Source of the DNA: a virus
Lineage: Duplodnaviria > Heunggongvirae > Uroviricota > Caudoviricetes
Length of the DNA: 64,000 bases
Strand: one strand, 5' to 3'
IMG/VR virus record: IMGVR_UViG_3300028413_000003
Location: 187,141-251,140 of that record
Shown here: positions 47,731-56,261 of the stretch, piece after piece
Numbering within the stretch: position 1 is the first letter of the stretch
Layout: each line of letters begins with the position of its first letter
The notes under the pieces: model-generated
What the model was told of the DNA's origin: nothing
Database searches by the model: none
The model's input: the letters and a program-made list of their open reading frames with translations, nothing else
Position numbers and translations under genes: made by a program

Positions 47731-48750
47731 ATGACTGAACGTAGCAAATTTGAACAAATGGTAGAGCGTCTTATTAATGAAGACAGAGCCGGTGCCGAAG
47801 AATTATTCCACGAGATTGTGGTAGAGAAATCAAGAGCAATTTATCAAAATATCATCGAGTCTGATGAAGACGAAGATCTAGATGAAGAAGAAGAGGACGA
47901 CCTTGACGAAGCTGAAGAGGACGATCTTGATGACGAGGAAGTATCCGAAGGCTCTTACGAAGACAAGGACGACGAGGAAGACCTAGACGAAATGTTTGGT
48001 CTTAACAATATGTCCGAAGAAGATCCATCAATGATGGGCGGCGACGCTACTGATAACATGATAAGCGACGTTGGCATGGACGACGAAGACGGTGAAATGG
48101 ATCCAGACGATGGCATGGACGACATGATGAACGACGAGGGTGGTGCCGGCCCATTGGCAGCAATTGATGACCTTGCAGATGCATTGGAAAAGCTAAGATC
48201 AGAATTTCAAGACATAATCGGCAACGACGGCGATGACGAAGCAAATCCATTTGGAAATGACGAAGAAGAAGAAGGCGAAGAAGAAGGCGAAGAAGAAGAA
48301 GCTGAAGAAGACGAAGCTGAAGAAGAATCATTTGCTTATGAATCATCAAAATCTCCAAGAGGACCAAAAAGCGCTGGCGAACAAATGCGCGAGTATGTTG
48401 AAAAAGTTCAAGGCGGTGAATTAGGTTCCAAAATTGGCGGCGACAACGGAGCAAACTCCAAGTCAACAGTTGCTTCGAAGAATGACATGGGAGGATCATC
48501 TGCTAACATACTACGCACAGACACAGAAACTCCAACTGAAGCAAACAAGGGTCACTTGAAGGGCCAAAGTGTGTTTAAAGGTAACCCAAAAACAGATAAC
48601 GCAGGGAATATAAACGTTCCAGGCGGGAAGGCTGGGAAATCTTCTTTTAAGAAGAATGAACCAGGTCATGGCGCCGAAAAGAAAGGCAAGCCAGAAACTG
48701 CCGACAGAGGCGCTGGTAGTACAATCAAAACTACTGTGCGCAAGAAGTAA
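47731..48750 (+). CDS. Highly acidic prohead core/scaffold-type protein (start ATG 47731)
   Basis: AEELFHEIVVEKSRAIY, long D/E tracts and a basic tail; lies between portal and protease; AGGAGA RBS. Confidence 0.7.
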   Translation: MTERSKFEQMVERLINEDRAGAEELFHEIVVEKSRAIYQNIIESDEDEDLDEEEEDDLDEAEEDDLDDEEVSEGSYEDKDDEEDLDEMFGLNNMSEEDPSMMGGDATDNMISDVGMDDEDGEMDPDDGMDDMMNDEGGAGPLAAIDDLADALEKLRSEFQDIIGNDGDDEANPFGNDEEEEGEEEGEEEEAEEDEAEEESFAYESSKSPRGPKSAGEQMREYVEKVQGGELGSKIGGDNGANSKSTVASKNDMGGSSANILRTDTETPTEANKGHLKGQSVFKGNPKTDNAGNINVPGGKAGKSSFKKNEPGHGAEKKGKPETADRGAGSTIKTTVRKK

Positions 48751-48772
48751 GGCAAGAAGGTAAGGACAACAG

Positions 48773-49396
48773 ATGAATTTCTTAACAGAGAGTCTTAGTT
48801 TCGACCAGGCTAAAATGATAGTTGAGTCTGCCGAAGATGGCAAAACTCTTCATATGAAGGGTATTGTTATTCAAGGCGGAATACGTAACGCAAATCAACG
48901 TTTGTATCCCGTAAATGAAATTGGCAGGGCTGTCAGAACTCTTAACGATCAGGTTAGCGGAGGATACTCAGTTCTCGGTGAAGTAGATCATCCTGAAGGC
49001 CTTAATATCAACCTAGACCGCGTAAGTCATATGATCACAGAAATGTGGATGGATGGCCCAAATGGTTATGGTAAACTAAAGATACTTCCTACACCGATGG
49101 GACAACTAGTTCAAACAATGCTCGAAGCGGGTGTTAAACTAGGTGTTTCATCGCGTGGAAGTGGCAACGTTAAAGAAGACGGCAGCGGCGAAGTATCAGA
49201 ATTTGAAATTATTACTGTTGATGTAGTGGCACAACCCAGTGCTCCGGGTGCATACCCAACACCAATTTATGAGCACCTTATGAATCAACGAGGCGGTTAT
49301 AAAGCATTTATGCGAAGTAAAGAAGTAACAGGCAACCCACAGGCACAAAAATACATTGCAGAGAGTCTATTGAACATAATAGACAGACTCAATTAA
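48773..49396 (+). CDS. gp21: Prohead protease (gp21-like)
   Basis: NANQRLYP, LGEVDHP, RVSH, LGVSSRGSG, DVVAQPSAPGA. Confidence 0.93.
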   Translation: MNFLTESLSFDQAKMIVESAEDGKTLHMKGIVIQGGIRNANQRLYPVNEIGRAVRTLNDQVSGGYSVLGEVDHPEGLNINLDRVSHMITEMWMDGPNGYGKLKILPTPMGQLVQTMLEAGVKLGVSSRGSGNVKEDGSGEVSEFEIITVDVVAQPSAPGAYPTPIYEHLMNQRGGYKAFMRSKEVTGNPQAQKYIAESLLNIIDRLN

Positions 49397-49408
49397 AAGG
49401 AGAAAATA

Positions 49409-50497
49409 ATGGAAGCACTAAAAGCCCTTTTAGAGAGTGACGCGATATCTGAGCAAATGAAATCAGAGATTCAAGAAGCCTGGGACATTAAGGTTGTAGA
49501 AAACCGCAAACAGGTAACAACGGCACTTCGTGAAGAATTTGCTAAGAAATATGAGCATGATAAAAGTGCTATGATCGAAGCAATTGATACTGTTGTGAGC
49601 GAAAAGCTCATAGAGGAAATGGTAGAATTCAATGAAGACCGCAAACAGCTAGCTGAAGCTAAAGCAAAGTATGCAATTAAGATGCGTGAAGACGCAAAAT
49701 TAATGAAGCGCTTTGTAATGGAACAACTTGCTGGTGAAATTTCTGAACTACACAACGATCAAAAGACAACAGCAACTAAATTTGCTGTACTTGAAGATTT
49801 TGTTGTAGAGCAACTTGCAAAAGAACTTGCTGAATTCCAGGAAGATAAAAACGACCTTGCAGAAACTAAAGTACGTCTCGTAAGAGAATCCAAATCGCAC
49901 TTTGCTAAAGTTAAGCAAGACTTTATTAACAGAAGCGTAACTGCACTATCCGAAACAGTTGAAAAGGGACTACGTTCCGAAATTCTTCAACTTAAAGAAG
50001 ATATCGAAGTTGCACGCATGAACGACTTTGGTCGTAAAATATTTGAGGCGTTTGCTGGTGAATATCTGAACAGTCACTTAAATGAGAAGTCAGAAACCAA
50101 GAAACTACTAAAGGTACTTAATGCAAAAGACAAACAGCTTGCAGAAGCCAAAGCCTTTGCCGTTAAAGCAAAGAACTTAGCAGAATCAAAGAATAACGAA
50201 GTCAAGCACCTAGTTGAATCTAGAGACAGAGCAAAAGTACTAAACGACCTCACTGGCCCCTTAAACAAGAGTCAAAAGGCAATAATGAACGACTTGTTAG
50301 AATCGGTACAAACAAACAGACTGCAAAGTTCGTTTAACAAGTACCTTCCATCTGTAATAGATGGGCATCCTCGCGCAAGACAAAAGGCACCCCTTAAAGA
50401 AGGCAAAGAAATCACAGGCAATCGTAAACAAGAACACATGACATCAACAGCAGACACAAATGTATTAGACATACGTCGTCTTGCAGGATTGAAATAA
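49409..50497 (+). CDS. gp22: Prohead scaffold protein (gp22-like)
   Basis: Coiled-coil E/K-rich ORF between protease and capsid genes. Confidence 0.8.
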   Translation: MEALKALLESDAISEQMKSEIQEAWDIKVVENRKQVTTALREEFAKKYEHDKSAMIEAIDTVVSEKLIEEMVEFNEDRKQLAEAKAKYAIKMREDAKLMKRFVMEQLAGEISELHNDQKTTATKFAVLEDFVVEQLAKELAEFQEDKNDLAETKVRLVRESKSHFAKVKQDFINRSVTALSETVEKGLRSEILQLKEDIEVARMNDFGRKIFEAFAGEYLNSHLNEKSETKKLLKVLNAKDKQLAEAKAFAVKAKNLAESKNNEVKHLVESRDRAKVLNDLTGPLNKSQKAIMNDLLESVQTNRLQSSFNKYLPSVIDGHPRARQKAPLKEGKEITGNRKQEHMTSTADTNVLDIRRLAGLK

Positions 50498-50509
50498 GGA
50501 GAATCAAAA

Positions 50510-51691
50510 ATGTCAGAACTATTAGAAAGTAGATGGCAGGAGACCAAGGGTGCCCTTCTTGAAGGCCTTGCAGGCAACAAAAAAGCAGTAATGAATGTTA
50601 CACTGGAAAATACTCGTAAGTATCTTTCAGAAAGTGCAACTGCCGGTGCCACTTCTGCTGGTAATATCGCAACACTACACCGTGTAATCCTTCCAGTGAT
50701 TAGACGTGTTATGCCTACTGTTATTGCAAACGAGCTTGTTGGTGTACAGCCAATGCAGGGACCAGTATCGCAGATTCACACTCTACGTGTGCGTTACAGT
50801 GACGGCTTCACTGACGGTGTCGGCGGAAACGTAACAGCTGGTGAAGAAGCCCTAAGTCCATTCAAGATTGCTGAAGGTTACTCAGGTAACATTGGCACTG
50901 GCAATGGTCGTCCGGCAAATACTGCGGCGCTCGAAGGCGTTGCTGGTAACAGGATGTCTATCCAGATCCTCAAGCAGACTGTTGAAGCTAAATCACGTAA
51001 GCTATCAGCACGTTGGACTTTTGAAGCTGCACAAGACGCACAAGCGATGCATGGCATCGACGTAGAAGCAGAAATCATGGCTGCTCTTGCACAAGAAATT
51101 ACTGCTGAAATTGATCAAGAAGTACTACGCAGCCTGCGCTCACTAGCTGGTTCTGCTGTAGAAACTTACGATCAAGCAGCAGTATCCGGTACTGCTACCT
51201 TTGTCGGTGACGAGCATGCTGCACTAGCTGTTCAGATCAACAGAGTATCAAACCTAATCGCTCAGCGTACTCGTCGCGGTGCAGGTAACTGGGCAGTTGT
51301 TTCCCCAACTGTTCTTACACTTCTACAGTCAGCAACTACTTCGGCATTTGCTCGTACTACCGAAGGCACATTTGAAGCACCAACCAACACTAAAATGGTC
51401 GGTACTCTTAACAACGCAATGAAAGTATATGTCAACACATATGCAACTTCAGATGATGTGATCATTGGCTACAAAGGAACAAGTGAATCAGATGCAGCGG
51501 CCTTCTATTGCCCATACATTCCACTAATGAGTTCCGGCGTTGTGCTTGATCCACAAACATTCGAGCCAGTGGTTAGCTTTATGACACGGTATGGTTATGT
51601 AGAACTAACTAACACTGCGTCATCACTTGGTAACGCAGCTGACTACCTGGGTGTTGTTGGAGTCAACACTGGTAATCTTAGCTTTAGCTAA
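50510..51691 (+). CDS. gp23: Major capsid protein (gp23-like)
   Basis: VIRRVMPTVIANELVGVQPM.GP, VEAKSRKLSARWTFEAAQD..AMHGID, FYCPYIPL, FMTRYG. Confidence 0.95.
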   Translation: MSELLESRWQETKGALLEGLAGNKKAVMNVTLENTRKYLSESATAGATSAGNIATLHRVILPVIRRVMPTVIANELVGVQPMQGPVSQIHTLRVRYSDGFTDGVGGNVTAGEEALSPFKIAEGYSGNIGTGNGRPANTAALEGVAGNRMSIQILKQTVEAKSRKLSARWTFEAAQDAQAMHGIDVEAEIMAALAQEITAEIDQEVLRSLRSLAGSAVETYDQAAVSGTATFVGDEHAALAVQINRVSNLIAQRTRRGAGNWAVVSPTVLTLLQSATTSAFARTTEGTFEAPTNTKMVGTLNNAMKVYVNTYATSDDVIIGYKGTSESDAAAFYCPYIPLMSSGVVLDPQTFEPVVSFMTRYGYVELTNTASSLGNAADYLGVVGVNTGNLSFS

Positions 51692-51715
51692 ACGTAGCAA
51701 CAAGAAAACAAGATT

Positions 51716-51739
51716 AGGCCCCTTGGGGCCTTTTCTTTT
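51716..51739 (+). terminator. Rho-independent terminator after the capsid gene
   Basis: aggccc-cttg-gggcct followed by a T-rich tract. Confidence 0.85.
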
Positions 51740-51751
51740 GAATTATTGTGC

Positions 51752-53338
51752 TTATAACCCTGATTTTCGTGAATTACTAGATTCTAACATCCATCGCCGC
51801 TTGCCGCAATCCCACACTTTAAGTAACCCAATTTCTTTGCATATTTCTTTTTCTGTTTTTAATTTATCGTATCCTTTTTTAATTAACTTTTGTTTTGAAA
51901 AATTAAACCGGTGCATTAGTTTTTCTTCTCTTGGATGAATATACCAATAGCTAACATCAATGTCTCTTTCTAAATCAAACCCAAGTGTTTTATACAAACT
52001 GCCGTTGCTCCATTCGTTGTTGCTGTAAGAATACACTGCTTGATCAGGATATTCTTTACAAAATGCTGCTAATAATTTTCCTGCGCCTCCAACTACCCGT
52101 AACGCACTAGCATATCTTACTAATTCAAATCCCCGAGTTTGCTTGCCTAGTGCAATGCGTGAACGCGAGAACGTCATTACAGCAACTAATATATCGTTAT
52201 GATCAAATAATCCGTAGCATACCGAAGCCGGCGTGTATCCTTGTATATGATTTTTATTTAAAAACTCTGTTGTATGTTTTGCAGATATCAGTCTGACTAC
52301 TGTTTGTCTGGCATAAATCGATTGAGTATCTAAGCCTAGTTTATTTATTAAAGATTGTTTTACAATATCTTTGCGCGTGTTCCAAAAGTTTGAAAAGATA
52401 GTAATTAGCTGTATTCCTAAATACTCGGCTTCTATAAACTTGTTTTTGTGATAAGACCGAGTGATGTGACTTATATCTTCGTGGTGCCAATAAATTCCGT
52501 TAAATTCAATTGCTAAACGGTAGTCCGGCAAATAAATATCAATTTCCTTGCCGCTAGGTAACAGTTTCCGTGTGTTGCGTATTATGTTTGTAATTCCTAA
52601 ACTCTGCAAAAACAATACTATTTCTTGCTCATACGAGCTCTGGTAAGGACTTTTAATTTTATGCTTATTGAGGTACTGATAAACGGTTTGTATATGAACG
52701 CCAAGTGTTGTTGCAATGTCAGTAATGGGTATAGTTTCAAACATTTTTTTTAATGCCAATTTATCATGTAATGTTGAAATATCTTTTTCAGGAAATCGCT
52801 GTTGCCAAAAAACAGTATCCTTTTCTTTAAAAGTCTGTTTAATTTTTTCAGGATTATTGTAATTAGAATTTCCGTATTTGATAAGTTTTGTTTGTTGTAC
52901 TTTTGATACAACTGTATTTACGTTATCGGAATTATTATAAAAGTCTGCATGATTTTGTATAGCATGTTTTAATTTTCCTGCGTTGTTGACATTGTATTTT
53001 TTATTTAAGCTATTAATTTTTTTTGATTGTATTTGTTGTTTTTTCTCTTCGGTAAACTTTTTCTTAGTATTAGACACTGCTAGAGAAACACTTTCTCTAG
53101 CACATTTACACGCATTTGCCCTGCCACAAAAGGAGTATCCCTGGGTTATTCCTTTAAATTTATATTGCTGGCCATGAGGACATTGTGTTATAGGATTGTG
53201 TAATGCATTATATGCTTTTTCTGCAATTGTATTTCCAATAAATGTTTCTACAAATTTGTTAATATTAGTATCTTTTTTAATCATTCTAGTATAGTGTTTT
53301 GGATATTGGTTAATTAATTGTTGTAATTGAAGTTTCAT
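51752..53338 (-). CDS. Free-standing Hef-like homing endonuclease (Vsr-like nuclease plus C-terminal acetyltransferase-like domain)
   Basis: SSYEQEI...EIDIYLPDYRLAIEFNGIYWH, IYARQT..FLNKNHIQG..LVAVMTF..ELVRYA..GGAGKLL..VWDCG; very AT-rich and opposite in orientation to its neighbours. Confidence 0.75.
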   Translation of the reverse strand: MKLQLQQLINQYPKHYTRMIKKDTNINKFVETFIGNTIAEKAYNALHNPITQCPHGQQYKFKGITQGYSFCGRANACKCARESVSLAVSNTKKKFTEEKKQQIQSKKINSLNKKYNVNNAGKLKHAIQNHADFYNNSDNVNTVVSKVQQTKLIKYGNSNYNNPEKIKQTFKEKDTVFWQQRFPEKDISTLHDKLALKKMFETIPITDIATTLGVHIQTVYQYLNKHKIKSPYQSSYEQEIVLFLQSLGITNIIRNTRKLLPSGKEIDIYLPDYRLAIEFNGIYWHHEDISHITRSYHKNKFIEAEYLGIQLITIFSNFWNTRKDIVKQSLINKLGLDTQSIYARQTVVRLISAKHTTEFLNKNHIQGYTPASVCYGLFDHNDILVAVMTFSRSRIALGKQTRGFELVRYASALRVVGGAGKLLAAFCKEYPDQAVYSYSNNEWSNGSLYKTLGFDLERDIDVSYWYIHPREEKLMHRFNFSKQKLIKKGYDKLKTEKEICKEIGLLKVWDCGKRRWMLESSNSRKSGL

Positions 53339-53389
53339 ATTGTTCTATATACCTTTGAGCCTGTTATATAACTAGCTGTATTTAACTTT

Positions 53390-53418
53390 ATTATAACATT
53401 GAGTATGCAAAAAATCAA
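53390..53418 (-). promoter_or_regulatory. Sigma70-type promoter for the Hef-like gene
   Basis: TTGATT, 17-nt spacer, TATAAT on the - strand; also TAAATA at 53379-84. Confidence 0.55.
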
Positions 53419-53505
53419 ATTAATCTTAACTACATTAAATAAAATTTATAAAAATAATTAGACATAATTTAAAAATATATTTCTCTTGGTTAAGTGTTAA
53501 AGAGG

Positions 53506-53539
53506 TCGACCTTTGCTGCATGTGATGTTATATTAAATA
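53506..53539 (+). promoter_or_regulatory. Promoter for 53566 ORF (extended -10, overlapping TAAATA)
   Basis: TCGACC, 17-nt spacer ending TGT, TATATT, then TAAATA. Confidence 0.5.
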
Positions 53540-53565
53540 CATAACAACAAGGAAGACATAGGCAC

Positions 53566-54147
53566 ATGAAAATTACACTACGCAAGGCAAACGCTGTACA
53601 AGCAGCAATCAATGAAGCAATTACTGCTTTGGATCTTGACACAAATGTTAGTGTTAATGAATTTGAAAAGCCAAATGAAAAAATTGCAGCGGCAAGAATT
53701 GTATTCACTGAGAATTCAGAAACACGCGAAGTAATGCTTGCAGCATTATATGATATCCGACGCAATGTTGCTAGAGCAAACGCCGCTGTAGGTATTAACG
53801 ATATACTTACAGAGGTAGCATTGCTTGAAAAACAAATTGGGCACATGACACGTTTGTCAAAATCAAAGCCTTGTGTTGCTGCAGAAGTTATGCGCGGCAA
53901 GCTTGGCAAGATTAGAAGCAGAGAATCTGGCTCAGCCGATACTTACCGCTTTGCAAGCGCTAATGAAGACGAAGTTGCTACTTCGATCTTCGAAGTAGCT
54001 GAAATTGATGAATTCCGCAAGAAGGCTGCTGAAATGAAAAAGAGAAAGCTCTTGTTACAAGATACACTTCTTGAATTAAATGTGAAGACTCAAATTGAAG
54101 TTGACGCAGACAGTGTACCAGCACTTACAGCAGCTGGTATCCTGTAA
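53566..54147 (+). CDS. Coiled-coil hypothetical protein (DIP1984/septicolysin-like pattern, tentative)
   Basis: MKITLRKA..., LYDIRRNVARAN, EIDEFRKKAAEMKKRKLLLQDTLLELNVKTQIEV; has its own promoter and terminator. Confidence 0.7.
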   Translation: MKITLRKANAVQAAINEAITALDLDTNVSVNEFEKPNEKIAAARIVFTENSETREVMLAALYDIRRNVARANAAVGINDILTEVALLEKQIGHMTRLSKSKPCVAAEVMRGKLGKIRSRESGSADTYRFASANEDEVATSIFEVAEIDEFRKKAAEMKKRKLLLQDTLLELNVKTQIEVDADSVPALTAAGIL

Positions 54148-54149
54148 AC

Positions 54150-54430
54150 AGTTTGGTGATTATGCGTTGAAAGCGTAAATTACCCAGAGGAGAAAGATAA
54201 AAGAAGACCGGTACCATGTATGAGGTCATACACTTTCAATTAAGATCGTTTGATCATAGCAAGATTGTGTCCCAGCCACTTATTAGCCTTAACTGTGCCT
54301 GCATATTGCTGGCTGGAAATAGGATCCTTATGCTTTTTGCTTTTTGACTTTTGCCACAGTGGGTGCGCCTAGCGAACCGTATACTGTATGCACTTTGATC
54401 AGCCAGTTTTTAATACTTTTTCTTCTCTGT
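54150..54430 (+). ncRNA. Candidate structured RNA in the 3' region of the 53566 ORF
   Basis: Hairpin 54155-84; closing helix 54185-96/54418-29; 54272-78/54310-16; 54292-97/54355-60; lies upstream of a strong terminator. Confidence 0.5.
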
Positions 54431-54436
54431 CTTATT

Positions 54437-54467
54437 AAAGACTAGTCCGATTCGGACTAGTCTTTTT
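54437..54467 (+). terminator. Strong (likely bidirectional) terminator
   Basis: Perfect 14-bp inverted repeat aaagactagtccga-t-tcggactagtcttt running into a T tract. Confidence 0.85.
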
Positions 54468-54506
54468 CCTTGACTACCTATTCTGTTCTTTTGATAAATA
54501 TAAGTG

Positions 54507-54562
54507 TCTAGTGCTGCGCAAGCAGACTTATGCGGATACCCTCCGCGTAGACCTAGAACGTC
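54507..54562 (+). promoter_or_regulatory. Three-way-junction RNA leader
   Basis: tctag/ctaga closing helix, ctgc-GCAA-gcag, tatgcgg/ccgcgta; located between TAAATA (54495) and the AGGAGA RBS. Confidence 0.55.
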
Positions 54563-54578
54563 AACATAGGAGAAACAA

Positions 54579-54953
54579 ATGGGACGTCCAATTAACAAAC
54601 AATATCTTGGTACTACAAATGATGCCGACGATGGAACAATTCCAGCAACGGTTAAGATCGGAACAAACGACGTTACACTAACCGGAATAATTCTTTCACA
54701 AAGATCAGAAACCAAATTTAGAGTTAATGATCTAGCAGGCGGCGACGGCAATTCCGGTTCGTGTGTTCTAGTTGACAAAGACATTCCATCTGACAACGAA
54801 ATGGTTGTCAAGGGATACATCGGCGGCAACGGCGACGGTGTCAACATACGCAAATTTCATAACAGAACCATGATCGATTTTGACAACAACCGTTATACTT
54901 GGGAAGTTCAAGACGATTCAACATCTAATATTCTAGTTCTGACTGCAATATAA
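54579..54953 (+). CDS. Small virion protein (putative)
   Basis: 124 aa, MGRPINKQYLG; late promoter and strong RBS. Confidence 0.7.
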   Translation: MGRPINKQYLGTTNDADDGTIPATVKIGTNDVTLTGIILSQRSETKFRVNDLAGGDGNSGSCVLVDKDIPSDNEMVVKGYIGGNGDGVNIRKFHNRTMIDFDNNRYTWEVQDDSTSNILVLTAI

Positions 54954-54966
54954 TAGGTGACTTGAG

Positions 54967-55887
54967 ATGGCATTAAGTAAGGTAACAAACTACGGAGTCG
55001 ATTACTATAAGATTAAAATTAATACCGGCGGCGAAATCGCCCTTGATCCTGGTGCTGCTGGGTCAGTAAAAATTCTTGGAAACCTTGATATTTTTGACAA
55101 TATAGTTCATATTAACAAGGGAGAAACTGGCAGCGGCATTAGTTTAAATACCTCGGGTATTCAAATTGACAGAGGAACACTTCCTGATACTGTTATATTA
55201 TTTAATGAAGATAATAGATGGATGGACCCGTCTGATGGTACTACTGTTCTTGGAAATTTTGAATTTAAGAACACATTAGGAGATCTAATAGGTATTAAGA
55301 CCAGTAGCATAACTACCAATGGCGAAGATTTATATTTAATAAATTCCGGTACTAGTATTGTTAGTGTAACAGGAACAACTGATTACGAACAGCAAGTGTT
55401 TGTTTATGTTAATGACGAAAACACTGGTGTACCAATTGATGACGATGCTATTCCAAATGTTAAAGCAATAATTGACTTTACATCACAAGATTTTAAAAAT
55501 AAAATTGTCGAAGGCGACACTAAAATTGAAATAAGTGATTTTAGTGTGTCGGGCGCGCCTAGCAAAATTGATGTTGAAGTCGACGGAGTTAATGGATTAA
55601 CGATTACAGAAACTTCTGTATCACTTGGAACAGTTACAACTTTTCAGACTTCTAACATAAACGACTCAATAACGTTAGTTGTTACCGGGCAAGGTACAAT
55701 TAAGATCAGTAAAATTTTAGAAATTGAACGGGTTGATACTGTTCCTAATGCTCCAGTTAGCGGTCATAGTTTTTACGTTAACACACCATCTGAGGGCGGC
55801 TCAGGAGTATACTACATAGACGAAGACGCAAATACTGACGAATTAATATCTAGAAATAGAGCATTATTGTTTAGTATGGTTTTATAA
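54967..55887 (+). CDS. Virion structural/fibre protein
   Basis: DNIVHINKGETGSGI...SGIQIDRG, C-terminal DELISRNRALLFSMVL. Confidence 0.7.
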   Translation: MALSKVTNYGVDYYKIKINTGGEIALDPGAAGSVKILGNLDIFDNIVHINKGETGSGISLNTSGIQIDRGTLPDTVILFNEDNRWMDPSDGTTVLGNFEFKNTLGDLIGIKTSSITTNGEDLYLINSGTSIVSVTGTTDYEQQVFVYVNDENTGVPIDDDAIPNVKAIIDFTSQDFKNKIVEGDTKIEISDFSVSGAPSKIDVEVDGVNGLTITETSVSLGTVTTFQTSNINDSITLVVTGQGTIKISKILEIERVDTVPNAPVSGHSFYVNTPSEGGSGVYYIDEDANTDELISRNRALLFSMVL

Positions 55888-55897
55888 AGGAATAAAA

Positions 55898-56260
55898 ATG
55901 GCACTAGAAAATGCACAACTAACTACTTCTCGGTTAGACTTATTTGTAGGCGGCGTGCCAGCAAATAAAAGATTTGCTATTACCAGCATCATGGTATGCA
56001 ACACGTATGATCCAAATGCCGGAGACGCTAGTGCAAATACTGCAAGTTTTGATATGCATTTTAGAAAAGCAGGTCAGGCACTATCAAACAGTGTTACATG
56101 CGTAGTAAGATCATTAGACTTGGTCGCAGGAGAAACTTTTACATTTGATACTGAAAAAGTTATTCTTGACCAAGGAGAAGAATTAAGTTTTGTTGCCTTT
56201 CCGGCCCTAGTTGGAGAATTAACTAATTTATCAGTATCAGTAAGTTACCTGGAAGTATAA
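55898..56260 (+). CDS. Small beta-sandwich virion adaptor-like protein
   Basis: AITSIMVCN...AGETFTFDTEKVILDQGE...VSVSYLEV; similar in pattern to 61274..61612. Confidence 0.65.
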   Translation: MALENAQLTTSRLDLFVGGVPANKRFAITSIMVCNTYDPNAGDASANTASFDMHFRKAGQALSNSVTCVVRSLDLVAGETFTFDTEKVILDQGEELSFVAFPALVGELTNLSVSVSYLEV

Positions 56261-56261
56261 A

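Noticed and set aside
47860-48330. GAAGAA/GACGAA low-complexity tract
   Set aside because: It simply encodes the Asp/Glu-rich scaffold-type protein.
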